Below, in pieces: positions 31,263 through 41,303 of a stretch of 64,000 nucleotides of DNA. Numbering within the stretch: position 1 is the first letter of the stretch; each line of letters begins with the position of its first letter. Source of the stretch: Bacteroidales bacterium (GTDB lineage Bacteria > Bacteroidota > Bacteroidia > Bacteroidales > UBA1715); contig JAAYPM010000016.1 in assembly GCA_012519815.1 (NCBI GenBank), forward strand, positions 1,675 to 65,674, in the 5' to 3' direction. The notes under the pieces were generated by a model. The model worked only from the letters and a program-made list of their open reading frames with translations. It had not been told where the DNA came from and made no database searches. The position numbers and the translations under genes are program-made.

Positions 31263-32315
31263 ATGAAACAATACATCCTAAATCGTTTAGCAGTCATTCT
31301 TTTAACTATTTCTATTGGATTTTCTGCATTTTCGCAAGATGTTCACTTTTCACAATTTGATGCAGCCCCACTTTTTTTTAACCCAGCACAAACAGGTTTA
31401 TTTGATTGCCATCAACGAATTATAGCCAATGTAAAAGGACAGTGGTCAACCTACAATTCATTTATGGCATCATATGACAGGCCGCTATCATTGTTTAGCA
31501 CTCCAACAGGTTATTTTGGTGCAGGAGCATTAGTTATAGCCGATTATGCAGGGGAAACAAGTTACGGGAACACACTCCTCAAACTCATGCCTGCGTATCA
31601 TCAAAACGTGATGAATTCTCGTCTAAAACTTTCAATAGGGCTTGATATTTTCATGAACTACATGTCTATTGATGAAACAAAAGTTTTATTAGGAAGCGGT
31701 ATTGACCCAAATACGGGTAAAGTTACGCCAGGAGCCGATTTTGACAATTCTTCAAAATTTTATGCCGACCTTGGAGTGGGTACAAACGCAATTTATCATA
31801 TCCGACCAGATTTTCCTATAAGTGGAGGAATTACTATGTATCGTTTATTTGGCTCTGGTGGCGGAGGCATTGCATCAAACGAGGCACCAACAAACTATCG
31901 TAGATTTTCTATAAACGCAAATTCAGTGATACCTGTTACCGAAGTAATTTCATTTTTGCCGAGTTTGATTTATCTTAATCAAAAAAAATATAATGAAATC
32001 AATTTTGGTACCTATGCAATGTTTTCGGTTGGAGAGCGCACCTCTGTTGTAGATGCTTTATATGTTGGAGCGTGGCATAGATACGGAGATGCAATCATTT
32101 TAGGTTTTGCTTTTGATAAGACTCTTAGCGCAAAGTGGGCAATGAATTTTGGATTTAGTTATGATATCACGGTGTCGCAATTTCGAGCAACAAATAAATG
32201 GCAAAATACCAAGAATGTTGGCACCGATAGTTTTGAGTTTTCAATAAAATTTATTAATTGTAAAATACCTTTAATAGTAAACCCACAAGGTATTATCAAT
32301 GATCCTTTTAGATAA
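31263..32315 (+). CDS. PorP/SprF-family type IX secretion system outer-membrane protein
   Basis: Signal peptide, then the family signature QDVHFSQFDAAPLFFNPAQTGLF. Beta-barrel-like alternating pattern, with an aromatic residue next to the C-terminal Arg. Confidence 0.82.
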   Translation: MKQYILNRLAVILLTISIGFSAFSQDVHFSQFDAAPLFFNPAQTGLFDCHQRIIANVKGQWSTYNSFMASYDRPLSLFSTPTGYFGAGALVIADYAGETSYGNTLLKLMPAYHQNVMNSRLKLSIGLDIFMNYMSIDETKVLLGSGIDPNTGKVTPGADFDNSSKFYADLGVGTNAIYHIRPDFPISGGITMYRLFGSGGGGIASNEAPTNYRRFSINANSVIPVTEVISFLPSLIYLNQKKYNEINFGTYAMFSVGERTSVVDALYVGAWHRYGDAIILGFAFDKTLSAKWAMNFGFSYDITVSQFRATNKWQNTKNVGTDSFEFSIKFINCKIPLIVNPQGIINDPFR

Positions 32316-32329
32316 AATAAAACAGATAT

Positions 32330-34465
32330 ATGAAACAACATTTTTATATTTTTTTTCTCTGCTTTTTTTTCTCTGCTCATTCTTTCACCGCACATGCACA
32401 GGGTAAACGTCAGTTTTACGAAGCGTATGTAACCACAGGTGATTCATGTTTAGCGTCATATAATTACTATGGAGCACATCAAGCATATGAAAAAGCATAT
32501 AGTTATATTCAAAATACCGAAATAGCATTTAAAATTGCTGAAGCATGTAAAAATTATCAAAACTACATTGATGCTGAAAAATATTATAGAATAGCACTTG
32601 CCCAAGATTCAGTATCATATCCGTTTGCAAAGTATTATTATGCAGAAATGCTTAAATATCAAGGAAAGTATAAAGAAGCGTATGTGCAGTATAATCAATT
32701 TTATAGATTAAACAGACGAATAAAGGCATACGAAGTGCAACGTGCAAGAAATGAAGCAAAAATTTGTAAAACACTCATTCCTACGGTGCCAAACTACGAA
32801 AATTTACAGTACAAAAGAATTACATCACCACAAGTAAATACTATGTATGCTGAATATAGCCCTATACAATTCAATGATTCTCTATTTTTCTTTGGTGGAG
32901 TTCGCGCTGTAGATACTATTATGGCAGACACCGCACATGTATTTTCTAATTATTGGCATCGACTTTTAATTGCTGATTTAAAAGACAGTGTTTTCACTAA
33001 TGTTCGTGAAGTTAACGATTTAAATGAAAATGGATATCATGTGAGCAATATTACGTTTAATAAAAAAGGTGATGTTGCATATTTTACAAAATGTAAAGAT
33101 TATGCATGTAAAATTTATCGTGCCTCTTTTGATGTCAAAACACTTTCTTTTACAAACATAAAAGTTTTACCAAATCCAATAAATGTTGAATATACAACTA
33201 ACACAACTCCAAGTTTTGCTACAACACCAATAGGCGATGTGTTGTTTTTTGCATCTGACAGAAAAGGAGGTTCGGGCAAGCTTGATATTTGGTATTCAAA
33301 AATATCTGATAATGACAAATTTGAAAATCCAGTAAACCTTGGAAAAATTGTAAATACAATAGGAAATGATGTTACACCTTTTTATGACGCACGCGATTCT
33401 TTACTGTATTTTAGTTCAGAAAATCATGTTTCCTTAGGTGGATACGATGTGTTTTCAACTAAAGTTGATTGGGGAGCAAAAACATGGACTAAACCACAAA
33501 ATGTGGGAGAGCCTATTAATTCAAGTCATGATGATTTATATTACAGTTTTTCACGCGACTCCCTGCATGCCTATTGGGTTTCAAGTAGAACCGAATCAAA
33601 GAAACTTATAGAAAAAGCATTTAGTAATGATATTTATACACATCCACTTGTAAAACGCTCTATAATAAGAATTACAGATTTAGTACCAATTTATTTATAC
33701 TTTGATAATGATTATCCAGATCCTCGTTCATACGATACTATTACTGATAAAGATTATTTAAGTCTGTATCAAGATTATTTAAATAAAAAAGAAGAATATC
33801 TTATTGAATACACAAAACACTCGCCTGCAAGCAGATATGAATATGACGCAAGAAATGTTGAAACCTTTTTTTCAGACTTAACAAACGAATATGAACGTTT
33901 ATTTTTATTTGCCGAATTATTAGAAATAATTTTAGAAGATGGACAAGACATTGTAATTGTATTTAAAGGATATGCGAGCCCTCTTGGTAATACTCGATAT
34001 AATGAAATTGTTGCGAAAAAACGTATTTCATGTATTCAAAATTTCTTTTATGAATTTAATGGCGGCGTGCTTAATCAATACACTCGAAATGAACCAGGTT
34101 CAGGAAAAGGAAGCATAATATATGCTCATGAACCAATAGGTGAAACAATTATGGACGATACGTTTGTTACCGAAGATGGAGAACAAATAAGTGCTATTTC
34201 TGACAGAAAGCAAAAATGGATGTCGGTGTACAGTCCTTCGGCAGCATATCAAAGAAAAATTGAAATTGTTGCCGTTAATATAGAATATGCCGATGAATTA
34301 TTCGAAAAAATTCAAGCTGAAATACAAACTACAAAAAAACAAATTGAAGAGGAGTTAAATCACAACACCGACAATGAGTATGAAGATTTCTTGGAAGATA
34401 CTTATGAAGAAAGTGAATACCATGAAAATATATATTCAGAACAAGACGTGATTCGACAAAAATAA
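32330..34465 (+). CDS. PorE-like protein: signal peptide, TPR-like region, TolB/PD40-type beta-propeller, divergent OmpA-like C-terminal domain, acidic tail
   Basis: 711 aa. Tyr-rich helical repeats (YYAEMLKYQGKYKEAYVQYNQFY). PD40-like blades (VLFFASDRKGGSGKLDIWYS; LLYFSSENHVSLGGYDVFS). OmpA-like IVIVFKGYASPLGNTRYNEIVAKKRISCIQNFF. Confidence 0.72.
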   Translation: MKQHFYIFFLCFFFSAHSFTAHAQGKRQFYEAYVTTGDSCLASYNYYGAHQAYEKAYSYIQNTEIAFKIAEACKNYQNYIDAEKYYRIALAQDSVSYPFAKYYYAEMLKYQGKYKEAYVQYNQFYRLNRRIKAYEVQRARNEAKICKTLIPTVPNYENLQYKRITSPQVNTMYAEYSPIQFNDSLFFFGGVRAVDTIMADTAHVFSNYWHRLLIADLKDSVFTNVREVNDLNENGYHVSNITFNKKGDVAYFTKCKDYACKIYRASFDVKTLSFTNIKVLPNPINVEYTTNTTPSFATTPIGDVLFFASDRKGGSGKLDIWYSKISDNDKFENPVNLGKIVNTIGNDVTPFYDARDSLLYFSSENHVSLGGYDVFSTKVDWGAKTWTKPQNVGEPINSSHDDLYYSFSRDSLHAYWVSSRTESKKLIEKAFSNDIYTHPLVKRSIIRITDLVPIYLYFDNDYPDPRSYDTITDKDYLSLYQDYLNKKEEYLIEYTKHSPASRYEYDARNVETFFSDLTNEYERLFLFAELLEIILEDGQDIVIVFKGYASPLGNTRYNEIVAKKRISCIQNFFYEFNGGVLNQYTRNEPGSGKGSIIYAHEPIGETIMDDTFVTEDGEQISAISDRKQKWMSVYSPSAAYQRKIEIVAVNIEYADELFEKIQAEIQTTKKQIEEELNHNTDNEYEDFLEDTYEESEYHENIYSEQDVIRQK

Positions 34466-34511
34466 TACAATAAAAATCTTTTTTTAAGACTTTTTATTAT
34501 AATATATTGAA

Positions 34512-37500
34512 ATGAGGGGAATATTTTTTTTGTTTGTTTTTCTAAATTTATACTATTCTACATCTGCGCAATCATATGGAAATGATTGGATAGACTATTC
34601 TCAACGATATTTACGCATACCTATTACACAAGAAGGTATTTATAGAATTACACAAACTGATTTGTTTGAATATTTTGGAGATTTTGACCCTCGAACTATT
34701 GAAATATATACCCGTGGTAAACGTGTTCCTGTATTTGTTCACGGACAAGAAGATCAGATTTTTAATTCAGAAGATTATATTGAATTTTTTGCAGAAAAAA
34801 ATAACGGATGGCTCGACACTGCAATATATAAAAATAGCATTCCTATAAATTCTGACTATAGTTTATATAATGATACTGCATCATATTTTTTATGTTTTTC
34901 AAATAATACCGCAGCTGAACGTTACGACACAACACGAAACACAAATTTTTCAGCCTATACGCCTCTTAGTTATTGTTGGAAAACAGTAAGAGGAAATTAT
35001 ACAAATATATATAATGATGCCGACCAATCTCCATTTATTACAGGAGCCGAAGGATGGGTTGATAATTTTTTTGAAATGGGGCAAAAGCCTGTAGTAAAAA
35101 CTTTTTCTACGCCAAACTATGTAAATGTAGAAAAACCTTATACTATAAAGTTTGGTGTGTCTGGTTATTCTAACACACAACATGACCTTATTGTAGAATC
35201 TACTGATTTTATGTTTGATACAACATATTTAGGATATAAAGCTGTTCACAAAACTATTCAAAACACTAATGCACTCCCATCTATTACACAAATTTCGTTT
35301 CGTAGCACATACAGTAATACAAAAACAGCTGATAAAAATTGTGTGGCATATGTTGAAATAACATATCCGCATTCATATAACTTTCAATATCAACAATATA
35401 TGAAATTCACAACGCCAGCAACACAAACTGGTGAATATATACATATTGATGTTAAAAATTTTAACGGTGGCGATGCACCATATGTATATTGCCCCGAATT
35501 AAACAAACGTATTCAGGCAACTAAATACGCAACAAATAGTTATAGATTTTTATTACCCAATCCAAACCGTGAAGTTGAATGTATTATTGTAAATCCTATT
35601 ACAATAAAAACGGTACCAGCCATAAAAAAAACAAAAACACAGGCTACCACTTCTACTACTTCTCCGCCAAAATTCTTTGATTTACAAGCTGGTTCTCCAA
35701 ACGAAGGTAATTATATAATTATTACACATAGTTCACTTTGGAATAAAGCCGTATCGTATAAAAACTACCGGATTTCAACGGGATATCAAGTTGTGCTTAT
35801 TGATGTAGATGACTTATATAATCAATTTGGGTACGGAATACAAAAACACCCATATGCTATTCATAATTTTATAGAATACGCTTCAAAAGAATGGAGCATA
35901 AAACCAGAATATATTTTTATTATTGGCAAAGGACTCCATTCAAATATAACACGAAAAAACACAACAAGTTATGCTAATTCATTAGTTCCTTCAATAGGAC
36001 ATCCTTCGTCTGATTTTCTTTTTACTGCAGATTTGCACGGTACTTCTTTAAAACAAAAAGCAGCAATCGGACGAATAGCAGCATCTACAGGAACAAAAAT
36101 AGACGCATATAGGTCTAAAGTTGCTGAACATGAATCTGCAGTTCCAAGCGAATGGATGAAAACAATCATGCATTTTGGAGGCGGCTCAACAATTGGTGAA
36201 CAACGACTTATAAAAACATATTTAAAAAATTATGAAACTATTATTTCTGGCGAATTTTTTGGAGCAGATGTTACTACATTTTTAAAATCGAGTTCTACCG
36301 TTTTTGAAAAAACTGAACCAGAAGCGATTCGAGAACTAATGAACAAAGGAACTGCTTTGTGTAATTTTTTTGGACATTCTTCAGGAAATAGTTTTGATCA
36401 AAATATAGATCATCCTTCGTTATTTAATAACAAAGGTAAATATCCGTTTATGGTTGCGAATTCATGTTATTCAGGTGATATATTTACCAAATCTGACTAT
36501 GGTATAAGCGAAACATGGGTGTTCATACCAGAACGAGGTTCTATCGGCTTTTTTGCAAATGCAGATTTAGGTGTTCCAACATATCTTAATACCTTTTCGC
36601 ATAGTTTTATAAATAATATAGTTAAATATAATTACGGAAACAGCTTGGGATCAAGCATTTCAAAAACATTTCAAGAAATATCCAATAAATATATACATGT
36701 AGATGGTATCGTAAACTCTTCATTAAGTTTCATTTTACATGGCGACCCCGCAGTGGCATTACACACATTTGAATACCCTGATTTAGAAGTTTCAGAATCA
36801 TCAATATCATTTAATCCTCCTTTTATTTCTAACGATTTAACAACTTTTACTACTAATGTTATTGTTCGCAACAAAGCGCGTGCAACATCGGATACGGTAC
36901 ACGTTTCTTTAATTTACACCGCAGCATCGGGCAATCAAATTATAATTGATACCATTATGCGTGGTTCATACAATAAAGATACACTTTCAATCATTCAAAA
37001 CATTCGCGATTTTGAATCGGGAGCATATACATTACAAGTAATTGTTGACGAACCTAATACAATAATTGAATTAAACGAAGTAAATAATACTACAATTGTT
37101 GATTTTTTTATAAGTTCTCGTGATGTTCTTCCTGTATATCCATACGAATATGCAATAATTCCTACCAATACAACAGAATTTGTAATGAGTGCGGTTGACC
37201 CTCTTAAACCGCCAAAAACTATTCTTATTGAACTTGATACAATAGCTGATTTTTCCAGTGATTTCCTTATTTCTGCCACATTACAAACAGAAGACAATGC
37301 AATTGTTAGATGGATACCTCCAATTAATTTTACAGATGGAGAAACATATTTTTGGCGTGTTTCAAACGCTGATGATATAAGATGGAATGAAAGTTCTTTT
37401 ACCTATGAAGCAAACAAAACAGGATGGGGACAAATAAAAGCACGCCAGTTTATAAAAAATTCTCATCAATATGTTTCATATGATGAAGCCGAAAAAAAAT

Positions 37501-39428
37501 ATTCATTTGTTGAAACACCTCATGGTATTTATTGTGCCACAAAAGGATTGGCAAATACAAATGCCGATTATTTTGCCACATTTTTTATGATAGATAATAC
37601 TCTAAAAGAAAATAGTGGTTTTCCACTTTCATCTCCAGCACTGCACATTGTTGTAATTGATTCCGTTTCTGGAGAACCATGGCAATCTGACAGAGCAAAT
37701 TTTGGACAAAGAAATTACCCAATAGCTAACGGACGAGTTCGTTTTCATTTGGCGTTTACCTCGAATAACGCCGCTGCACGCAATAATGCTGCAAATGTAA
37801 TACAAAATATTGTTCCCGATGGTAGTTATATAATGATGTACACGTTTAAATCTGGTAATTTTGAAGCATGGGAAGAGAATCTATTAACAGCATTTGAAGA
37901 TTTGGGAGCACAGATGCCACGAACACTCGGAAACGATATTCCCTATATTTTCTTTGGAAAAAAAGGAGATGAATCAACGGCAATTGAAGTTGCTGGTACG
38001 TCTTCAACAGATCTTATTAATCTTTCTGTAGAAATTCCCGGAAATTATTTTCAAGGTACAGTAACCTCAACGCGTATTGGACCCGCAAAAATTTTTAAAG
38101 AAGCCGTATGGAATAGTCAAAAAATCAATCTTTTAGACAGCACAAGTTTAGATTTGTTTGGATTTTCATCAGAAAACAAAACCTATACTATTGCACAACA
38201 AATTATTGCCGACACTGTTTTTCGGCTTGACACACTTATTGATGCCTCATTAATTCCATACATGAAATTACATAATTTTCAGTATGATGTAGATGAACGA
38301 ACACCTCCATTATTGCATTATTGGAAAGTATATTTTGACCCTGTTGGCGAACTTGCAATTGCTCCAGAACATACGTTTATATTTAATTCCGATACCCTTA
38401 AACAGGGAGAAACAATGGAAATTATAATTGCAGCCCAAAATATTGGCACAGAAAAAATGGATAGTATTTTGGTATTATTTGAATTAAGGAACGAACAAAA
38501 TGAATTGGTATATTCTGAATATCATAGAATAGGAACACTTGATTCTCAGGAATATATTGTTGATACATTTCGTGTTCATACTGGAAATTTTTCTGGAAAT
38601 TATACAGCAAAAATTGAGTTTAATCCTGTCAATCCAGAAACTGGACTTGTAGATCAAGCTGAATTTTATTATTTTAATAATTTTATATTATTGCCTTGTT
38701 TTATTCAATCAGATATAAAAAATCCGCTCATTGATGTTATTGTTGACGGAAGACATGTTCTACATGGAGATTACATTTCGGGAACACCAAAAATTGAGAT
38801 ACGTGTATATGATGAAAACGACTATTTATTTCTTCAAGACACCAGCTTGTTTACCATATATGCAACAAATCTTTCAACAGGAGCAATTATACCATTTTAT
38901 TTTTCAGATACCGCAACAATTACATTTATACCCGCTCAAGATTCGGCGCATCAATGTATCATTATACTTAATCCAACTTTTAAAGAAGATGGCACATACG
39001 AGCTTCATATTCAGGCTCGTGATGTAAGTGGTAACTATGCAGGTTCACAAGAATATATTCTATATTTTCAAATTCAACAAGAAGCACAAATTTCAGTATT
39101 ATATAATTTCCCAAATCCGTGTAAAACACTAACAACTTTTAGATTTATTCTTACGGGGAATCAAGTTCCAAAAGATGCTCGCATCGAAATTTTTTCAGAT
39201 GTAGGAGCTCTTGTAAAAACGATTGAACTGCCTGAAAGTAAATTGCATACAGGCACAAACAGCATTGATGTAAATTGGGACGGAACAGATTCACATCATG
39301 TAGTTTTGCCCAATGGTGTGTATGTATATCGTTTAATTTTTAGCGATAAAAATTCATATACACATTATGCAACTCCACATGATGAATTTATACATAAAGC
39401 ATACGGAAAACTTATTATTCAACGATAA
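34512..39428 (+). CDS. Giant C25-family (gingipain/PorU-type) cysteine peptidase with CARDB-like domains and a T9SS C-terminal sorting domain
   Basis: 1638 aa with a signal peptide. C25 core (YIIITHSSLW..., YIFIIGKG, SIGHPSSDFLF). His622 in NFFGHSSGN and Cys652 in MVANSCYSGDIF. CARDB-like ...IVDEPNTIIELNEVNNT. C-terminal LYNFPNPCKTLTTFRF...LPNGVYVYRLIF. Confidence 0.8.
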   Translation: MRGIFFLFVFLNLYYSTSAQSYGNDWIDYSQRYLRIPITQEGIYRITQTDLFEYFGDFDPRTIEIYTRGKRVPVFVHGQEDQIFNSEDYIEFFAEKNNGWLDTAIYKNSIPINSDYSLYNDTASYFLCFSNNTAAERYDTTRNTNFSAYTPLSYCWKTVRGNYTNIYNDADQSPFITGAEGWVDNFFEMGQKPVVKTFSTPNYVNVEKPYTIKFGVSGYSNTQHDLIVESTDFMFDTTYLGYKAVHKTIQNTNALPSITQISFRSTYSNTKTADKNCVAYVEITYPHSYNFQYQQYMKFTTPATQTGEYIHIDVKNFNGGDAPYVYCPELNKRIQATKYATNSYRFLLPNPNREVECIIVNPITIKTVPAIKKTKTQATTSTTSPPKFFDLQAGSPNEGNYIIITHSSLWNKAVSYKNYRISTGYQVVLIDVDDLYNQFGYGIQKHPYAIHNFIEYASKEWSIKPEYIFIIGKGLHSNITRKNTTSYANSLVPSIGHPSSDFLFTADLHGTSLKQKAAIGRIAASTGTKIDAYRSKVAEHESAVPSEWMKTIMHFGGGSTIGEQRLIKTYLKNYETIISGEFFGADVTTFLKSSSTVFEKTEPEAIRELMNKGTALCNFFGHSSGNSFDQNIDHPSLFNNKGKYPFMVANSCYSGDIFTKSDYGISETWVFIPERGSIGFFANADLGVPTYLNTFSHSFINNIVKYNYGNSLGSSISKTFQEISNKYIHVDGIVNSSLSFILHGDPAVALHTFEYPDLEVSESSISFNPPFISNDLTTFTTNVIVRNKARATSDTVHVSLIYTAASGNQIIIDTIMRGSYNKDTLSIIQNIRDFESGAYTLQVIVDEPNTIIELNEVNNTTIVDFFISSRDVLPVYPYEYAIIPTNTTEFVMSAVDPLKPPKTILIELDTIADFSSDFLISATLQTEDNAIVRWIPPINFTDGETYFWRVSNADDIRWNESSFTYEANKTGWGQIKARQFIKNSHQYVSYDEAEKKYSFVETPHGIYCATKGLANTNADYFATFFMIDNTLKENSGFPLSSPALHIVVIDSVSGEPWQSDRANFGQRNYPIANGRVRFHLAFTSNNAAARNNAANVIQNIVPDGSYIMMYTFKSGNFEAWEENLLTAFEDLGAQMPRTLGNDIPYIFFGKKGDESTAIEVAGTSSTDLINLSVEIPGNYFQGTVTSTRIGPAKIFKEAVWNSQKINLLDSTSLDLFGFSSENKTYTIAQQIIADTVFRLDTLIDASLIPYMKLHNFQYDVDERTPPLLHYWKVYFDPVGELAIAPEHTFIFNSDTLKQGETMEIIIAAQNIGTEKMDSILVLFELRNEQNELVYSEYHRIGTLDSQEYIVDTFRVHTGNFSGNYTAKIEFNPVNPETGLVDQAEFYYFNNFILLPCFIQSDIKNPLIDVIVDGRHVLHGDYISGTPKIEIRVYDENDYLFLQDTSLFTIYATNLSTGAIIPFYFSDTATITFIPAQDSAHQCIIILNPTFKEDGTYELHIQARDVSGNYAGSQEYILYFQIQQEAQISVLYNFPNPCKTLTTFRFILTGNQVPKDARIEIFSDVGALVKTIELPESKLHTGTNSIDVNWDGTDSHHVVLPNGVYVYRLIFSDKNSYTHYATPHDEFIHKAYGKLIIQR

Positions 39429-39561
39429 TAAAAACACATAAAATAAAAATGAAGAGTTGTTAATAACTTTTTTCCCTCTAAATATAAGGATGTTACAGTA
39501 ATTTAAGGGATTTTAAAAAAGAGATGTAGTATAGAGATTTAAACAACAAACATTTTTTTTG

Positions 39562-39569
39562 TATTTTTG
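39562..39569 (+). promoter_or_regulatory. -7 box (TATTTTTG) upstream of parA
   Basis: TATTTTTG lies 27 nt upstream of ATG 39596. Confidence 0.4.
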
Positions 39570-39595
39570 AATTTTAAAGCCTAAAAGTATAATAA

Positions 39596-40381
39596 ATGGG
39601 AAAAATAATTGCGTTAGCTAATCAAAAAGGAGGAGTAGGTAAAACTACCACAGCTATAAATCTTGCTGCAAGTTTAGCGGTAATGGAATATTCGGTACTA
39701 ATTATAGATTTTGATCCGCAAGCAAATGCATCATCGGGATTAGGAATAGACATAAATGCTATTGAAGGCGGTATTTACGAATGTATTGTTGATTCTATTG
39801 ATCCACGAACAGTAATTCGTCAAACTGAATTACAAAAATTACATGTGTTACCTGCTAATATTGATTTAGTAGGTGCCGAAATAGAAATGCTCAACAGAAC
39901 CGATAGAGAGATGATTTTACGTAATGTAATTCAACCGCTTAAAAATGAATATGACTTTATAATCATAGATTGCTCTCCATCTTTAGGGTTAATTACCGTA
40001 AATGCATTAACAGCAGCCGATACGGTAATTGTTCCTGTACAATGCGAATATTTTGCATTAGAAGGACTTGGAAAACTTTTAAATACTATTAAAATCATTC
40101 AAACACGCCTTAATCCGAAATTAAGTATTGAAGGATTTTTATTAACAATGTATGATATGCGCCTTCGTCTTGCGAATCAGGTTGTTGATGAACTTAAAAC
40201 ACATTTTGAATCATTAGTATTTCAAACTCTTATCCAACGAAATGTACGCCTAAGCGAGGCTCCAAGTTATGGTAAACCAGCAATTCTCTATGATGCAAAT
40301 TCAAATGGTTCCATTAATTATCTTAACTTTGCAAAAGAATTATTGGCAAAAAATAATTTGCCCGAAATAAAAGAACATTAA
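39596..40381 (+). CDS. parA: Chromosome partitioning ATPase ParA/Soj
   Basis: 261 aa. Deviant Walker A NQKGGVGKTT and IIDCSPSLG. Confidence 0.93.
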   Translation: MGKIIALANQKGGVGKTTTAINLAASLAVMEYSVLIIDFDPQANASSGLGIDINAIEGGIYECIVDSIDPRTVIRQTELQKLHVLPANIDLVGAEIEMLNRTDREMILRNVIQPLKNEYDFIIIDCSPSLGLITVNALTAADTVIVPVQCEYFALEGLGKLLNTIKIIQTRLNPKLSIEGFLLTMYDMRLRLANQVVDELKTHFESLVFQTLIQRNVRLSEAPSYGKPAILYDANSNGSINYLNFAKELLAKNNLPEIKEH

Positions 40382-40385
40382 TTAT

Positions 40386-41279
40386 ATGGCAAAAAAAAGT
40401 GCGTTAGGAAAAGGTATTGGAGCACTACTCTCAGATGCGGAAAATATTGGGAAACCAATTATTCATAGACCGCCTTTAAAAACAGGCACCGAACTTGAAA
40501 TTTCAAAAATTCAAGCAAATCCAAATCAACCTCGTACAAAATTTAACGAAGAATCACTTGAAGAATTAGCAGCATCAATAAAACAATTAGGTGTTATTCA
40601 GCCTATTACAGTTCGAGAGACTGCTCCAGAAATATATCAAATAATTTCGGGTGAACGAAGATATCGTGCATCAAAATTAGCTGGACTTACTCATATTCCT
40701 GTGTATGTTAGAACAGTTAACGAAGTAGATATGCTTGCGATGGCTCTTGTGGAAAACGTGCAACGCGAAGATTTAGACGCAATTGAAATTGCAACAAGTT
40801 ATCGTAGATTGCTCGAAGAGTGTAATTTAACACAAGAACAATTAAGCGAACGCGTTGGTAAAAAAAGAACAACTATTTCTAATTATTTACGCTTATTAAA
40901 ATTACCACCCGAAATTCAATTCGGAATTATAAACGAAGATGTTACCATGGGGCACGCTCGTGCTCTCATTACTATTGAAGATGCCAACAAACAAATAGAA
41001 TTATATACAAAAATTATTGAACAAGGTTTGTCGGTACGCGAAACAGAAGATATTATTAGAAAACATAAAGAATCTGCATATATTGAAGATTCTGTGACAC
41101 AAACACCTCCAAAAGAAACCGATTCATTTGAAGCGTTACGTGTTGATTTAGCTGAAACATTTCATAGCCCTGTTACGTTTTCAATTTCACCAAAAGGAAA
41201 AGGAAAAATTGTAATCCCATTTTCATCAGAAACAGAACTTGAGCGAATACTTGGTCTTATTGATAAAATTAAAGCATAA
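40386..41279 (+). CDS. parB: Chromosome partitioning protein ParB/Spo0J
   Basis: 297 aa. ParB box NPNQPRTKF, IQPITVRE, GERRYRASKLAG, and an HTH region. Confidence 0.93.
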   Translation: MAKKSALGKGIGALLSDAENIGKPIIHRPPLKTGTELEISKIQANPNQPRTKFNEESLEELAASIKQLGVIQPITVRETAPEIYQIISGERRYRASKLAGLTHIPVYVRTVNEVDMLAMALVENVQREDLDAIEIATSYRRLLEECNLTQEQLSERVGKKRTTISNYLRLLKLPPEIQFGIINEDVTMGHARALITIEDANKQIELYTKIIEQGLSVRETEDIIRKHKESAYIEDSVTQTPPKETDSFEALRVDLAETFHSPVTFSISPKGKGKIVIPFSSETELERILGLIDKIKA

Positions 41280-41303
41280 CATATGATTTTGTAAGCTTCT
41301 TTC

